Below are positions 44,360 to 54,646 of a stretch of 64,000 nucleotides of DNA, one piece after another. The stretch covers positions 5,108-69,107 of the forward strand of contig JAUSDY010000030.1 of NCBI GenBank assembly GCA_030650395.1. The letters run 5' to 3'. The DNA comes from Acidobacteriota bacterium. Its GTDB lineage: Bacteria > Acidobacteriota > Vicinamibacteria > Vicinamibacterales > UBA2999. Position numbers and translations under genes: made by a program. Positions within the stretch are counted from its first letter, which is position 1, and each line of letters opens with the position of its first letter. The notes under the pieces are model-generated. The model saw only the letters and a program-made list of their open reading frames with translations. It did no database searches and was not told the DNA's origin.

Positions 44360-46372
44360 TCACGGTTTAATCCACCGCATCATCCAGTCGAAGTTGCGCT
44401 GCATCACGCGGCGCTCCTGGATCGGTTCGTAGAAGACATGTCCGCCGCGCGGGTAGATGTCCATTTCCACCGTCTTGCCGAGCACGCTCAATGCGCGATA
44501 GAACTTCTGCGCCGTGGCAAGCGGGACGCGCGGGTCGCGATCGCCATGCTGAATCAACAGCGGCGTCGTGACGTTCTTCGCATGTGTCAGCGGTGAGTGT
44601 GCGGCGTAGCCTTGCGGATTCTCCCACGGCAGCTTGAAGTACTCGGTCATCAAATCGCCGCCGTCGGTCAGGTAGTAGAGGTCGCTGAGGTCGGCGATGC
44701 TCGCGCCGGCTGTCGCCGCCTTGAATCGCCCGGTCTGCGTGACGATCCAGTTGGTCATGAAGCCGCCGTACGACGCACCCATCACGCCCAGGCGATCGGA
44801 ATCCGCGACGCCGCCGGCGATCAGGTGATCGACCCCCGCCATGATGTCCTTGTAGTCGGGCCCGCCCCAATCGTTGACGATCATCTTGTGACCGGCTTCG
44901 CCGTAACCCGAGCCGCCGCGCGGCATCGGGAACAGCACCGCATAACCCGCGCTCGCGAACGCTTCGGTCGGGTACGGATCGATCTGACCGGGCACGTGCA
45001 TGAACTGCGGAAAAATCCCGAGCGTCACGCCGCCGATCGGCCCGCCATGGCAATACACCAGCAGCGGCACCCGCGTCTTGCCGTTGTACCCGGGCGGCGT
45101 CAGCAGCAGCCCCCAGATTTCCATGCCGTCGAACGATTGCCACGAAACCGGCTTCAGGTCGCCGAGCGCCAGCGCGCGCAGCTCGGGATTGACCGTGGTG
45201 ATCTTGTGCGATCGGCCGCTCTCGACGTCGAGCACCGCCACATCACCCATGGTGCGGGCTTCGACTTCCCGATACGCAATCGTGCGGCCATCGCGGCTCT
45301 GGCTGATCGAGTACTGCACCGCCGCGCCGATGCCAACCCGTGTCGCATGCCCGGTATCGAGCGCCACTCGCACGATCGGCATCTCGAACATCTGCGCGCC
45401 CGCCGCGAACGTGCCTTCGTTCATCGTGACGAACAGCGACTGGCTGTCGCGGGCCCACATCATTTCGGCGATCCACGCGCCGTTCATCGGATAGGTCTTG
45501 ATGGATTGCGGCGTTCCGCCAGTGGCGGGCGCCACGGCCAGGCCGCGAGGCGCGATGATTCCGGTGCGGCCGTTCGTCGTGACGAACGACACGTGGCGCC
45601 CGTCTGGCGAAAACTGCGGCGACACGTTCATGCCCGCGCGATCGACAACAGCACGAGCAGCACCTCCGGTTGCCGGCACTGCAAAGATGCGGGTCGAATA
45701 GGGCGCCATGAATCCCGTCACCGGCGCAAACGCGTACGCAATCTCCCGGTTATCTGGCGACCACGAGAAGCTGTCGACGTATTGGCCAGCGGGTGTCAGC
45801 GACTTTGCCGTGGACGGTTCGGCAAGCGACTGGACCCACAGCCGAGTGAGCGGCGGCAGCGCGCCCGCGGCGTTGGCAATCGGCGGCGGTGGTGACGCGT
45901 CGCGTGATAGAAACGCCAGCGACTTGCCGTCGGGCGAGATCTCGTAGGCACTCACACCTTCCGAGGCCGCGGTGAGAGTCCTGGCCGCGCCGCCGGCGGC
46001 CGGCGCCGTCATCACCTGCGGGCGGCCGTCGGCCAGCCCGAGAAACGACACCCGCTCGCCATCGGCGGACCACCGCAGCCGCGGCGCCGGCAACGCCGGC
46101 ACGAAAATTCGCGCTTCCGGCGCCACCCGCACCGGCGTGCCACGGGCGATCGGAACCACATACAGCTCGGCCTCGTGAGCGTTGCGCGCCACCGACGGCG
46201 TCGACACCACGAACGCAACCCGATCGCCTGCGGGAGCGATCTTGACGTCGTTGATCGTCCTCAACGCCATCAGGTCGTCAACCGTGACTCGGCGAGGTTG
46301 TTGCGCGCTGACCGGCCAGGTGATGGCAGCGCCGACGATCGCCAGCGCTGCGAAGCGGCAAATTCTTTTCAT
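44360..46372 (-). CDS. S9-family (acylaminoacyl/prolyl oligo) peptidase, secreted
   Basis: Beta-propeller repeats, HGGP, GASYGG, HG..D.RVP, GH. Confidence 0.93.
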   Translation of the reverse strand: MKRICRFAALAIVGAAITWPVSAQQPRRVTVDDLMALRTINDVKIAPAGDRVAFVVSTPSVARNAHEAELYVVPIARGTPVRVAPEARIFVPALPAPRLRWSADGERVSFLGLADGRPQVMTAPAAGGAARTLTAASEGVSAYEISPDGKSLAFLSRDASPPPPIANAAGALPPLTRLWVQSLAEPSTAKSLTPAGQYVDSFSWSPDNREIAYAFAPVTGFMAPYSTRIFAVPATGGAARAVVDRAGMNVSPQFSPDGRHVSFVTTNGRTGIIAPRGLAVAPATGGTPQSIKTYPMNGAWIAEMMWARDSQSLFVTMNEGTFAAGAQMFEMPIVRVALDTGHATRVGIGAAVQYSISQSRDGRTIAYREVEARTMGDVAVLDVESGRSHKITTVNPELRALALGDLKPVSWQSFDGMEIWGLLLTPPGYNGKTRVPLLVYCHGGPIGGVTLGIFPQFMHVPGQIDPYPTEAFASAGYAVLFPMPRGGSGYGEAGHKMIVNDWGGPDYKDIMAGVDHLIAGGVADSDRLGVMGASYGGFMTNWIVTQTGRFKAATAGASIADLSDLYYLTDGGDLMTEYFKLPWENPQGYAAHSPLTHAKNVTTPLLIQHGDRDPRVPLATAQKFYRALSVLGKTVEMDIYPRGGHVFYEPIQERRVMQRNFDWMMRWIKP

Positions 46373-47469
46373 GGTGAAGGCCCTTCGACTCGCGTGTCTC
46401 CCGCGTGGCGCGAGACCCGCTCGCTCAGGACAGGCCGGGTGGTTCGATACACGCTCGCGGCGCCAAGATCGGCCGGGCGCGGCGCGCCAGGACTTCCGAG
46501 CGCCAGTCGCATCTGATCGCCGACGATGTCGTAGAGGCCGAGGCGCGGGCCGGTTGGCGTGACGAGATCGATCGTCGCAAACGGCCGCGCCAACACACGT
46601 AAGGTCACCGCGCCCGATTCGATCGCGGTGCCCGACTGCGTCAACACCAGATACCCATGGTCGGCGGCAACGCCGCTGGTGCGGGTGAACGACAGGCCGG
46701 CAGGACCATCGCCGCTGTCGAGCCGCCACGTCCGCGTCAACGGAAACCGCTGATCGCGAGACATCGAGATGAACGGCTCCGTCGGTTCCTGCGCAAACGC
46801 CGAGCGCAGCCAGATTCGATCAAAGAGCGCGCGGCCCTCGGCGTTCAGGAACGGCTCCGGACTCACGGCTTTCGGATCCACACCTTCTCGATGGATCTCG
46901 AAGTCATCGACCTGGAAGTGCGACATCGCGTACGTCACAGCGGTGGCCGCAATCGTCGCCGTCACCGTCCCGGCAACGCCGATCGGCTGGCCACGGACCA
47001 CTGCGCCCCCGAGGATGATCTGTTCGCGGATCGACGACAGGTTGGCGTAGACCGTGCGGTAGATGTGCGCGCCGAGCGCGTGCTCGATCGTGACCTTGGT
47101 GCGGCCGGGCACGATGATGTCCGGCTCGATTGCCTGCACCACACCGTCTGCGGCCGCGCGCACCTGCGCGCCCTGTCGATACTCGATGTCCCACCCCGAA
47201 TGTCCCCCGCCGGCATGATCGGCGCCGTGGTACCCGAACGGCAGCAGGCCGAACGCATTGCTGGCGATGTCTGCGCCGTCGATCGGCATCGCGATCGACA
47301 ACACCGCACCGGTCACCGGCGGAACCACCGTCACCGGTGAACTGTTGCCGGGAGGCGTCGTTGGAAAGACGGTGTCGGACGGTGTGGTCGGCACACCTCC
47401 ACTGTTACAAGCGGAGACGAGGAGCGAGAGCAGGACAACGACGGCAACGAGCACGCGCCATCCTAGCAC
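46369..47469 (-). CDS. M23-like lipoprotein (degenerate active site)
   Basis: Lipobox VSAC, HSGWD, VRAAADG.V, V.RGQPIG..G. Confidence 0.75.
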   Translation of the reverse strand: MLGWRVLVAVVVLLSLLVSACNSGGVPTTPSDTVFPTTPPGNSSPVTVVPPVTGAVLSIAMPIDGADIASNAFGLLPFGYHGADHAGGGHSGWDIEYRQGAQVRAAADGVVQAIEPDIIVPGRTKVTIEHALGAHIYRTVYANLSSIREQIILGGAVVRGQPIGVAGTVTATIAATAVTYAMSHFQVDDFEIHREGVDPKAVSPEPFLNAEGRALFDRIWLRSAFAQEPTEPFISMSRDQRFPLTRTWRLDSGDGPAGLSFTRTSGVAADHGYLVLTQSGTAIESGAVTLRVLARPFATIDLVTPTGPRLGLYDIVGDQMRLALGSPGAPRPADLGAASVYRTTRPVLSERVSRHAGDTRVEGPSP

Positions 47470-47569
47470 TGCCGCCGGGCGGCCCAGGTCCGCGTCATGC
47501 CGGGTTATCTGAAGATCAAGTCTGGATCACCGGTGGCGATCGATCGGTCGTCAAGGTGCGGACCTTGCG

Positions 47570-47968
47570 CTAGATCAGCCGCGATCGAATTTCCGGCGGC
47601 GGGATCTCGCACGCGTTCGATCGGCCGGCCAGGCGATGGCGCACCGCGGCGACGACGCGGTACACAGCGTCGCGGAGGGGAACGGGAATCCACAGCAGGG
47701 CGGCGGCCAGCTTCCAGGGAAACCCGAGATGCCGGGCGATGCGAAGCGTCGCGGTCGAGCGGAGATAGACGTGGCCGTCTTCGATGAAGATGATGCTTCG
47801 CGCCGATTCCCGGTCCACGCCGTAGCGCTTGAGGATTTCAGCCGCCTGCGGCGACTGCGACGCACCGAACCGTAAATAGCCTTCGCGATCGCGCCGGGCC
47901 ATGAACCGCACCGAGCCTTCGCAGAAGGCGCACGTTCCATCGAACAGCACGATGCCTCCGGATGCCAC
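47570..47968 (-). CDS. DCC-family thiol-disulfide oxidoreductase (DUF393)
   Basis: VLFDGTCAFC, RD.VY..VA..R. Confidence 0.9.
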   Translation of the reverse strand: MASGGIVLFDGTCAFCEGSVRFMARRDREGYLRFGASQSPQAAEILKRYGVDRESARSIIFIEDGHVYLRSTATLRIARHLGFPWKLAAALLWIPVPLRDAVYRVVAAVRHRLAGRSNACEIPPPEIRSRLI

Positions 47969-47970
47969 TG

Positions 47971-48420
47971 TTATTTCTTATTGATGCTGAATGGCAGGCC
48001 GACGCCTCCGACCGCAAGCGCGAGCAGCCCGCCCATCACCGGCAAGCCGAAGGCATTGGTGAAGAAGGCGTACTTGAAGATCGCACCGCTGGCGACATGG
48101 AAGTTGAGAACCATCAGCAGCGCCATGAAGGCGGCAAGCCGCGTATACGTCCCCGTCACGAGCGCGAGGCCCGCGGCTGCCTCGCCAAGCGGCACCAGTC
48201 GCGCGAAGATCGCCAACCCCGGCAGGCACACCGTCTCGAGATACCAGCGGCTGGTCGGGCCCGCACCCTGCAACCAGGCATGCAGCATCGTGCTGAGCGG
48301 CCCGGTGTCGAACAGCCACGCCCGCTTCCCTAACGCTTCGAAGATGAAGAACACGCCGAGCAGGACCCTGAGGACCGCAAGCCCGCGCGCTTGCGGATTG
48401 CCGGACAACATGAACGCCAT
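47971..48420 (-). CDS. DoxX-family membrane protein
   Basis: LR..LG.FF....K, GE...GLAL..G..TR.AA. Confidence 0.82.
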   Translation of the reverse strand: MAFMLSGNPQARGLAVLRVLLGVFFIFEALGKRAWLFDTGPLSTMLHAWLQGAGPTSRWYLETVCLPGLAIFARLVPLGEAAAGLALVTGTYTRLAAFMALLMVLNFHVASGAIFKYAFFTNAFGLPVMGGLLALAVGGVGLPFSINKK

Positions 48421-48869
48421 TACGGCAACACTGCGGTGGCTTCGATTTCGACCTTGTACTCGAGGCTCGCCAGCCGCGCCACGCCAACGAGCGTGCTGGC
48501 GGGACGATGGGCGCCGAAGTATTTGGCGCGAATCGCCGCGGCATCCGGCGCGCGGATCGCGTCGACGTCGGTGGTGTAGATCGTGATTCGCGTGATGTGC
48601 GAGTAGTCGGCGCCCTGCGACTTGAGCGCGATCTCCAGGTTCTTCAGCACCTGTTCCAGCTGCGCCACCATTCCGGGACCGACCACTGTTCCTTGCGCAT
48701 CGGCGCCGACCTGGCCGGCGATGTACAAGGTCTTGCCGGCGCGAACGATGTGGGAATAGGTCGCCGGCGTGCTGAGGCCTGGAGGATTGATCCGTTGAAT
48801 CGCCTGTGCAGCGAGACCAACTGACAGCGCGACCGTGATCGCGGCCATCGACAACATCCGCTTCGTCAT
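48420..48869 (-). CDS. RidA/YjgF-family protein with a signal peptide
   Basis: YSH.V..G..LYIAGQ, PASTLV.V..L....VEIEA.A. Confidence 0.88.
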   Translation of the reverse strand: MTKRMLSMAAITVALSVGLAAQAIQRINPPGLSTPATYSHIVRAGKTLYIAGQVGADAQGTVVGPGMVAQLEQVLKNLEIALKSQGADYSHITRITIYTTDVDAIRAPDAAAIRAKYFGAHRPASTLVGVARLASLEYKVEIEATAVLP

Positions 48870-51088
48870 TGCCAGCTCACCCGTGCACCGACGCGGATCG
48901 TCCGCGGCCAGCCGATCGACCGGATCGGGGTGCGCGCCGTGTCGAACTCCTCGTCGGTGATGTTCTCGATCGCGACAAACGCGTTCAAGCCGCGGGTAAT
49001 CGCGCGGGTCACGTTGGCGTCCCACACGACATAGGAGCCGAGCACGAACGCCGCGGTATTGAGATCGTCATCGAACTGCTCGCCGCTGAATCGCACCTGC
49101 GTGGCGGCCGTGAGCCAGCGCGGCTCCGCCCAGGTCAGGCCGAAGCCGCCCTGCCACACCGGCACCTGCGGCACGTCCTTGTCGGCGATCGCCGGGGTCG
49201 CCTTCGAGCCGCGGAAGTGGCTCGAGGTCAGCACCACTTGCCCGTTGAAGCTCAGGCTCTGCGTGAGGCGGGTATCGAGCTCGATCTCGACGCCTGTCGC
49301 GCGAATCGAGTCGGAGTTGGCACGCTGGCGAATGATCTGCGTCGGCGTCTGGCTCAGCGTCACGTTCGCGATGGCATCCTCGAGGTTGTTCACGAACGCC
49401 GTCGCGCGAACCGAGACGCGATTGAACTGCACCAGCGCGCCGCCCTCGACGCCGGTGAGCGTCTCGGGCTCGAGCAACGGGTTGGCGTTGGTCACGGCGG
49501 TGCCGGCCGCGAAGCGGCGATGCAGCTCGTTGAGGGTCGGCGTGCGATAGGCGTGATACGCAGAGGCCTGCGCCTGGAACCGGCCTCGGCGCCATGCCAC
49601 GGCACCGCGCGGGCTGAAGAAGCTCACCGACTTGGTCGGCTGCGTGGTGTCTTCCGGCTCCGAATTCCACGCATCGCCACGGCCGCCGATTTCAAACGTC
49701 AAGGCGTCGGTGGCGTTGATGCTGGCGCGGGCGTAGCCGGCGGTGACACGTTCGGTACCGCCGGACTTGAAGGGACCGCTCGCGGTGTTGACGCCGCTGA
49801 CGAGGGCATAGCGGAGCTCATCCTGGACTGAATGGGTACGGCGATAGTCGCCGCCGAGGATCACCGTGGCCCGGCCGATCGGACGGGTCCACTGCGCATT
49901 CCCCATGCCATGCTTGGTGTCGATGGTCTGCGCAAACGTCAGGCGCTCAGTGGCACGGCCGGCCGCGACGAAGGAAAACGTCTGGTAGTAGTCCTGGTTG
50001 CTGCCGGCGAATTGCAGATCGAGTACGCCGCCCCCGACCACGCCGCCGACCACGGCGGACAACTGCTTCCAATCCGTCGTGTTGACTTGCACGGGCGTGC
50101 CGTTGCCGCGCTCCTCGGTGTAGCCTGCGCCCCGCAGCGTGACATGCCACGCGTCGGTATGGCGGCTCCCGGTGAAGAAACCGGTTTGATAATCGCTGTC
50201 GGCCTTCCTGTCCACTGCGCCGCGGACCTCGGAGCCGATCACGAAGGCGCCGTCGGTGCGCACGCCTTCGTACGCGCCTGATGCCGCCCATCCGTTTCGT
50301 TCGGCGGCAGCAAACAACGAGCCCCGGAACGTGTCGTGAGAACCGCCGTCAACCGTGGCGCGTGCGCGCGTACGGATCGGCTGTACCGTGAGCAACTGCA
50401 CCACGCCGCCGAGCGCGCCAGCTCCGTAGAGGTCGCCCGTTGCGCCGCGAACAACCTCGACGCGATCGACCGCCGCCATCGGGATGCGGTTCCAATAAAC
50501 CCAGCTGCCGAATGGATCGTTCAGCGGCACGCCATCGGCGAGGACCAGCGTGCGGCTCGCGCCGGAGCCCGAGACCCCGCGCAACGTCACGCCCTGCGTC
50601 GTCGGGTTTGCCACCCGAGACGACGAGCGGCGGAACAACGTGAACCCCGGTGTCGACCTCAGCGCATCGTCCAGCGAGCCGGCCGCCATGTTGCTCAACT
50701 CGGCGGACGTAATGACGGTGGCGCTGGCGGCGGTCGGGAGCCGCTCGGCGCCGCGCGTGGCCGTCACGACCACGGAGTCGGCAAAATTGACCGGGCGCAG
50801 GATCACGCTGATTGGGCCGGGGCCGGTGACCACGATGTCAGCGTCTTCGAAGCCCTCGGAGCTGACGCGCACGCGCGCGGCCGCGACGCCGGTGTCGAAG
50901 TTGCCGTCCGCGTCGCCCTGCACGGTGACGCTCTTGCCGTCCTTGGTCACGGCGGTGACCGACGCTGCCGGAATCACCCCGCCCGAAATATCCAGCACTG
51001 TGCCGGTGGTGGATTGCGCGGCGGCCGGAGCCGCAAACAGCAGTACGGCGCAACCAAATGCGACAGCGAGCCTCGCCAGTGGGTTCAT
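48866..51088 (-). CDS. TonB-dependent receptor
   Basis: VVVTATR TonB box, LRG...RTLVL.DGVP.ND, RVEVVRG, YG..ALGGV, PR...G....W C-terminus. Confidence 0.93.
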   Translation of the reverse strand: MNPLARLAVAFGCAVLLFAAPAAAQSTTGTVLDISGGVIPAASVTAVTKDGKSVTVQGDADGNFDTGVAAARVRVSSEGFEDADIVVTGPGPISVILRPVNFADSVVVTATRGAERLPTAASATVITSAELSNMAAGSLDDALRSTPGFTLFRRSSSRVANPTTQGVTLRGVSGSGASRTLVLADGVPLNDPFGSWVYWNRIPMAAVDRVEVVRGATGDLYGAGALGGVVQLLTVQPIRTRARATVDGGSHDTFRGSLFAAAERNGWAASGAYEGVRTDGAFVIGSEVRGAVDRKADSDYQTGFFTGSRHTDAWHVTLRGAGYTEERGNGTPVQVNTTDWKQLSAVVGGVVGGGVLDLQFAGSNQDYYQTFSFVAAGRATERLTFAQTIDTKHGMGNAQWTRPIGRATVILGGDYRRTHSVQDELRYALVSGVNTASGPFKSGGTERVTAGYARASINATDALTFEIGGRGDAWNSEPEDTTQPTKSVSFFSPRGAVAWRRGRFQAQASAYHAYRTPTLNELHRRFAAGTAVTNANPLLEPETLTGVEGGALVQFNRVSVRATAFVNNLEDAIANVTLSQTPTQIIRQRANSDSIRATGVEIELDTRLTQSLSFNGQVVLTSSHFRGSKATPAIADKDVPQVPVWQGGFGLTWAEPRWLTAATQVRFSGEQFDDDLNTAAFVLGSYVVWDANVTRAITRGLNAFVAIENITDEEFDTARTPIRSIGWPRTIRVGARVSWQ

Positions 51089-51116
51089 AGCAGGTAAACT
51101 CTACACCATTCCCGCT

Positions 51117-51839
51117 ATGTCAGAACCCGATCGCGTACTGCTCGAAGGCCCTCATTCCCGCATCCAGGAGATCGCCCTGCTGATCCGGGCGGGCCGCGAT
51201 TTCGTGCGCGGCTTCCGGGCGCTCCATTTTGTTGGACCGTGCGTAACGGTGTTTGGGTCGGCGCGCTTCGACGAACATCATCGCTATTACGCGATGGCCC
51301 GCGAGGTCGGCGGCGGGCTGGCGGGCCTGGGTTTTACGGTGATGACCGGCGGCGGTCCTGGCGTGATGGAGGGCGCCAATCGCGGGGCGCGCGAGGCCGG
51401 CGGCCGGTCGGTCGGCTGCAACGTCGAGTTGCCGTTCGAGCAGTCGCACAACCCGTATCTCGATCGATGGGTGACGTGCCGCTACTTCTTCGTTCGCAAG
51501 GTGCTGCTGGTCAAGTACTCGTACGCGTTCGTGGTGTTGCCGGGCGGCTTCGGGACGCTCGACGAGCTGACCGAGGCGCTGACGCTGATCCAGACCCGCA
51601 AGATTCTGCAGTTCCCGATCGTCTTGATGGGACGCGATTACTGGGCGCCGTTTCTCGCGATGATCCGCACGATGGTGGAGGCGGGGACAATTGCGGCGCC
51701 CGATCTGGATCTGATGCTGGTGACCGATTCAACGCCGGATGCGATGGCCCACCTCGAGAAATACGCGGTGGAACATTTCGGACTGAAGCGGCGGAAGATC
51801 GACGCCTCGACCTGGCTGGGCGAACGCCCTCTCACGTAG
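51117..51839 (+). CDS. LOG-family (TIGR00730) nucleotide phosphoribohydrolase
   Basis: VTVFGSAR, TGGGPG.ME, RK..L, PGGFGTLDE. Confidence 0.92.
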   Translation: MSEPDRVLLEGPHSRIQEIALLIRAGRDFVRGFRALHFVGPCVTVFGSARFDEHHRYYAMAREVGGGLAGLGFTVMTGGGPGVMEGANRGAREAGGRSVGCNVELPFEQSHNPYLDRWVTCRYFFVRKVLLVKYSYAFVVLPGGFGTLDELTEALTLIQTRKILQFPIVLMGRDYWAPFLAMIRTMVEAGTIAAPDLDLMLVTDSTPDAMAHLEKYAVEHFGLKRRKIDASTWLGERPLT

Positions 51840-51920
51840 CAGTTCCGGGGTCGTCCCATGATTTCGCACTCTGGCGCGCACCACGGGCTGGCGGTGCGAA
51901 CCTGCTAAGCTTGCTCTGTT

Positions 51921-53798
51921 ATGCGCCTCGCAAAGCTGGCGGTCGCGAGCGTCAGCCCGACGGTGGGAGCCGTGGCTTCCAACGTCTCGCGGCTGGTGAC
52001 GGTCGCCCGTGAAATGGCGGCCGCCGACGTGACCATCGGCGCATTCCCGGAACAAGTGATCGGCGGCTACCCGCCCGAAGACCTGGTGCACTGGCGCGGG
52101 TTCCTGGATGGCCAACGCCGCGAGCTCGAACGCTTCGCCGCCGAGACCGCCGACACACCGGCCGTATTCGTCCTCGGCTTAGCCGTGTCGGTCGGCGCCC
52201 AGCTGTTCAACTCGGCGGCGGTCGTGCACCGCGGCCGCGTGCTGGGGTTGGTGCCGAAGGAAAAACTACCGACCTACAACGTGTTTTACGAAGGCCGCAC
52301 ATTTTCGCGCGGCGGCCCCGGCCTCACCCTCGACGCCGGCGGCATCCCGCTGGGCGATTACCTGTTCCGGTTCGATTTCGGCGATGTGGCCGTCGAGGTG
52401 TGCGAAGACGCGTGGTCGCCGGATGGACCGATGCGCCGGCGCTGCTACTCGGGCGCCGAGATCGTCGTCAACGTCTCGAGCTCGCCGTATCGCATGGGCA
52501 TCGACTCCACTCGCCGGGAAATGCTGGCGACCCGTGCCGCGGACAACCAGGCGGTCTTGATTTACGCCAACGCCGTCGGCGGCCAGGACGGGCTGATCTA
52601 CGACGGCGGCGGCTACGTGTTTCAGAACGGCCGTCTCGTACTCGACGCACCGCGATTCGTCGATGGCTGGTGGTCGTCGATCGTCGACCTCGATCGCACC
52701 CGGCGGCTGCGGATGGAAAACACGACGTGGCGGAGCGACTGCGAAGCGTTCCGGCTGCAGCGCGAAACGGTGCCGACAGTGACGGTCACCGAAGGCACGT
52801 CGAACCGATCGGCGCTGACCTATCCCGCGCCGGAAGGCGGCAGCTTTTTCCTCCCGGCCAGCACGGGCCCGGCTCGCGATCCACGCGACTGCGCGCTCGA
52901 CGACCTCTTCGAAGCGCTCGCCATCGGGGTCAAGAGTTACTACGAGAAGACCGGGGCATTCCGATCGCTGGGCATCGCGCTCTCGGGCGGCCGCGATTCG
53001 ATGCTCACGCTGCTGGTCGCCTGGCGCGCGGCCCAGATCATCAAGGGCGGCGCCATCATCGCGGCGTTCTACATGCCGAGCCGGCACTCGCAGGACGACA
53101 CCAGGAACGCGGCGCACGTCCTCGCCGCCGAGCTCGGCGTCTCGCTGCAAACCGTGTCGATCGACGACGCCACCGATCGCGAGGTCGCAGCGACGCGCGA
53201 GATGCTGGGCGGCCAGGCCCTCACCGAGAATACGCGTCAGAACGTGCAGGCGCGGCTGCGCGGCCAACGGATGTGGAACTGGGCCAACTCCTCGGGCGCG
53301 CTCTTTCTGCAAACCGGCGACATGAGCGAGAAGGCCGTCGGCTACACCACGATCGGCGGCGATCTCGAGGGCGCGCTCTCGGTGATTGCCAACGTGCCGA
53401 AGACCGTCGTGATCGCCCTGCTCGAACGTCTCGGCGTGCGCTTCGGCTTCAAGGGCATCGCGGCCACGCTCGAAACCGATCCCGGTCCGGAGCTGGCCGA
53501 CGCACAGGTGGCCGAGAACGAGCTGATGCCGTTTCCGGTGCTCGACGCCTGCCTGCAGCTCTACGCCGGCGAAAAGATGTCGCCGCACGAAGTCGCGGCC
53601 GCCCTCAAGACGCTGTTCGGCGATGTGCCGCCGGAGCGGATCGACAAGTGGGCGTCGCGCTTCACGACGCTGTTCTCGCAGTCGATCTACAAGTGGGTGC
53701 AGTCGCCGCTGTCGCTCCACGTCGGCTCACTCGATCTGGATCGCGAACGGGCGCTGCAGATGCCGGTGGTGCAGAAGAATGAGTGGCAACGGGAATAG
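51921..53798 (+). CDS. nadE: glutamine-dependent NAD+ synthetase
   Basis: Nitrilase domain FPE, K.KLP.Y..F.E.R.F, CED; synthetase SGGRDS, NVQAR.R, SE...GY.T..GD. Confidence 0.95.
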   Translation: MRLAKLAVASVSPTVGAVASNVSRLVTVAREMAAADVTIGAFPEQVIGGYPPEDLVHWRGFLDGQRRELERFAAETADTPAVFVLGLAVSVGAQLFNSAAVVHRGRVLGLVPKEKLPTYNVFYEGRTFSRGGPGLTLDAGGIPLGDYLFRFDFGDVAVEVCEDAWSPDGPMRRRCYSGAEIVVNVSSSPYRMGIDSTRREMLATRAADNQAVLIYANAVGGQDGLIYDGGGYVFQNGRLVLDAPRFVDGWWSSIVDLDRTRRLRMENTTWRSDCEAFRLQRETVPTVTVTEGTSNRSALTYPAPEGGSFFLPASTGPARDPRDCALDDLFEALAIGVKSYYEKTGAFRSLGIALSGGRDSMLTLLVAWRAAQIIKGGAIIAAFYMPSRHSQDDTRNAAHVLAAELGVSLQTVSIDDATDREVAATREMLGGQALTENTRQNVQARLRGQRMWNWANSSGALFLQTGDMSEKAVGYTTIGGDLEGALSVIANVPKTVVIALLERLGVRFGFKGIAATLETDPGPELADAQVAENELMPFPVLDACLQLYAGEKMSPHEVAAALKTLFGDVPPERIDKWASRFTTLFSQSIYKWVQSPLSLHVGSLDLDRERALQMPVVQKNEWQRE

Positions 53799-53806
53799 GG
53801 CCGCCG

Positions 53807-54646
53807 ATGGCTGTTCCTGTTCGCATCGACACGCTCGACGATCCGCGCGTCGCCGAGTACCGGCACGTCACCAATCCCGCACACCTGCTCGCGCGATCGC
53901 TCTTCGTGGTGGAAGGCAGGCTCGTCGTCGAGCGGCTGCTCGCGCTGCCGCAGTGGCAGACGCATTCGGTGCTCGTCACGCAGGCCGCATCCGACAACCT
54001 CGGCGCCCCCCTCGATCGCACCGACGCGGCGATTTATCTCACCGAACAATCGTTGATGAACCAGATCGCCGGGTTCAACATTCACCGCGGTTGCCTTGCG
54101 CTTGCGGCGCGGCAGCCGGAGCGCACCCTCGATCACGCCGGGGCCGATCGGGCGCAACGGGCCTTGATCCTCGAAGGCGTCAGCAATCCTGACAATATCG
54201 GCGGACTGTTCCGCAGCGCCGAGGCATTCGGGGTGGATCTGGTGGTGCTCGGCCCGGAGTGCGGCGATCCGCTCTATCGAAAGGCGATTCGCACCTCGAT
54301 GGGGTCGACCCTGGCTGTGCCGTTCGTTCGTGCCGGTGACTGGCCCGCGGCGATTGGCGTGCTCCGCGCATCGCGTTTTCAGGTCGTCGCGCTCACCCCC
54401 GCCGCGAGCGCGTTACCAATCAGCAGCATTACGCCTGCAGGCCCAAAGGTCGCGATACTCGTGGGCGCGGAGGGAGCGGGGCTGTCGGCGCCGGCGATGG
54501 CGGCCGCCGACTTGCGCGCGCGCATCCCGATGAGCGGCGCGATCGATTCGTTGAACGTCACGACGGCTGCGTCGATCGCGCTCTACCACTTTTCACTACA
54601 CTCAGCCGGGCCCCGCGCGCGGCAGCCGCGCGTGGGTGGGAGATGA
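53807..54646 (+). CDS. TrmH/SpoU RNA methyltransferase
   Basis: LE...P.N.G..RSA.AFG, R.SMG, GAEG.GL, IPM...DSLNV. Confidence 0.92.
   Translation: MAVPVRIDTLDDPRVAEYRHVTNPAHLLARSLFVVEGRLVVERLLALPQWQTHSVLVTQAASDNLGAPLDRTDAAIYLTEQSLMNQIAGFNIHRGCLALAARQPERTLDHAGADRAQRALILEGVSNPDNIGGLFRSAEAFGVDLVVLGPECGDPLYRKAIRTSMGSTLAVPFVRAGDWPAAIGVLRASRFQVVALTPAASALPISSITPAGPKVAILVGAEGAGLSAPAMAAADLRARIPMSGAIDSLNVTTAASIALYHFSLHSAGPRARQPRVGGR

Noticed and set aside
51840-51920. NAD+ riboswitch upstream of nadE (TTCGCAC..GTGCGAA stem)
   Set aside because: The stem lies upstream of a TGcTAAGCT extended -10 located 9 nt from the ATG, so it is probably not in the leader. I cannot match it to the nadA motif; an Infernal search would settle it.
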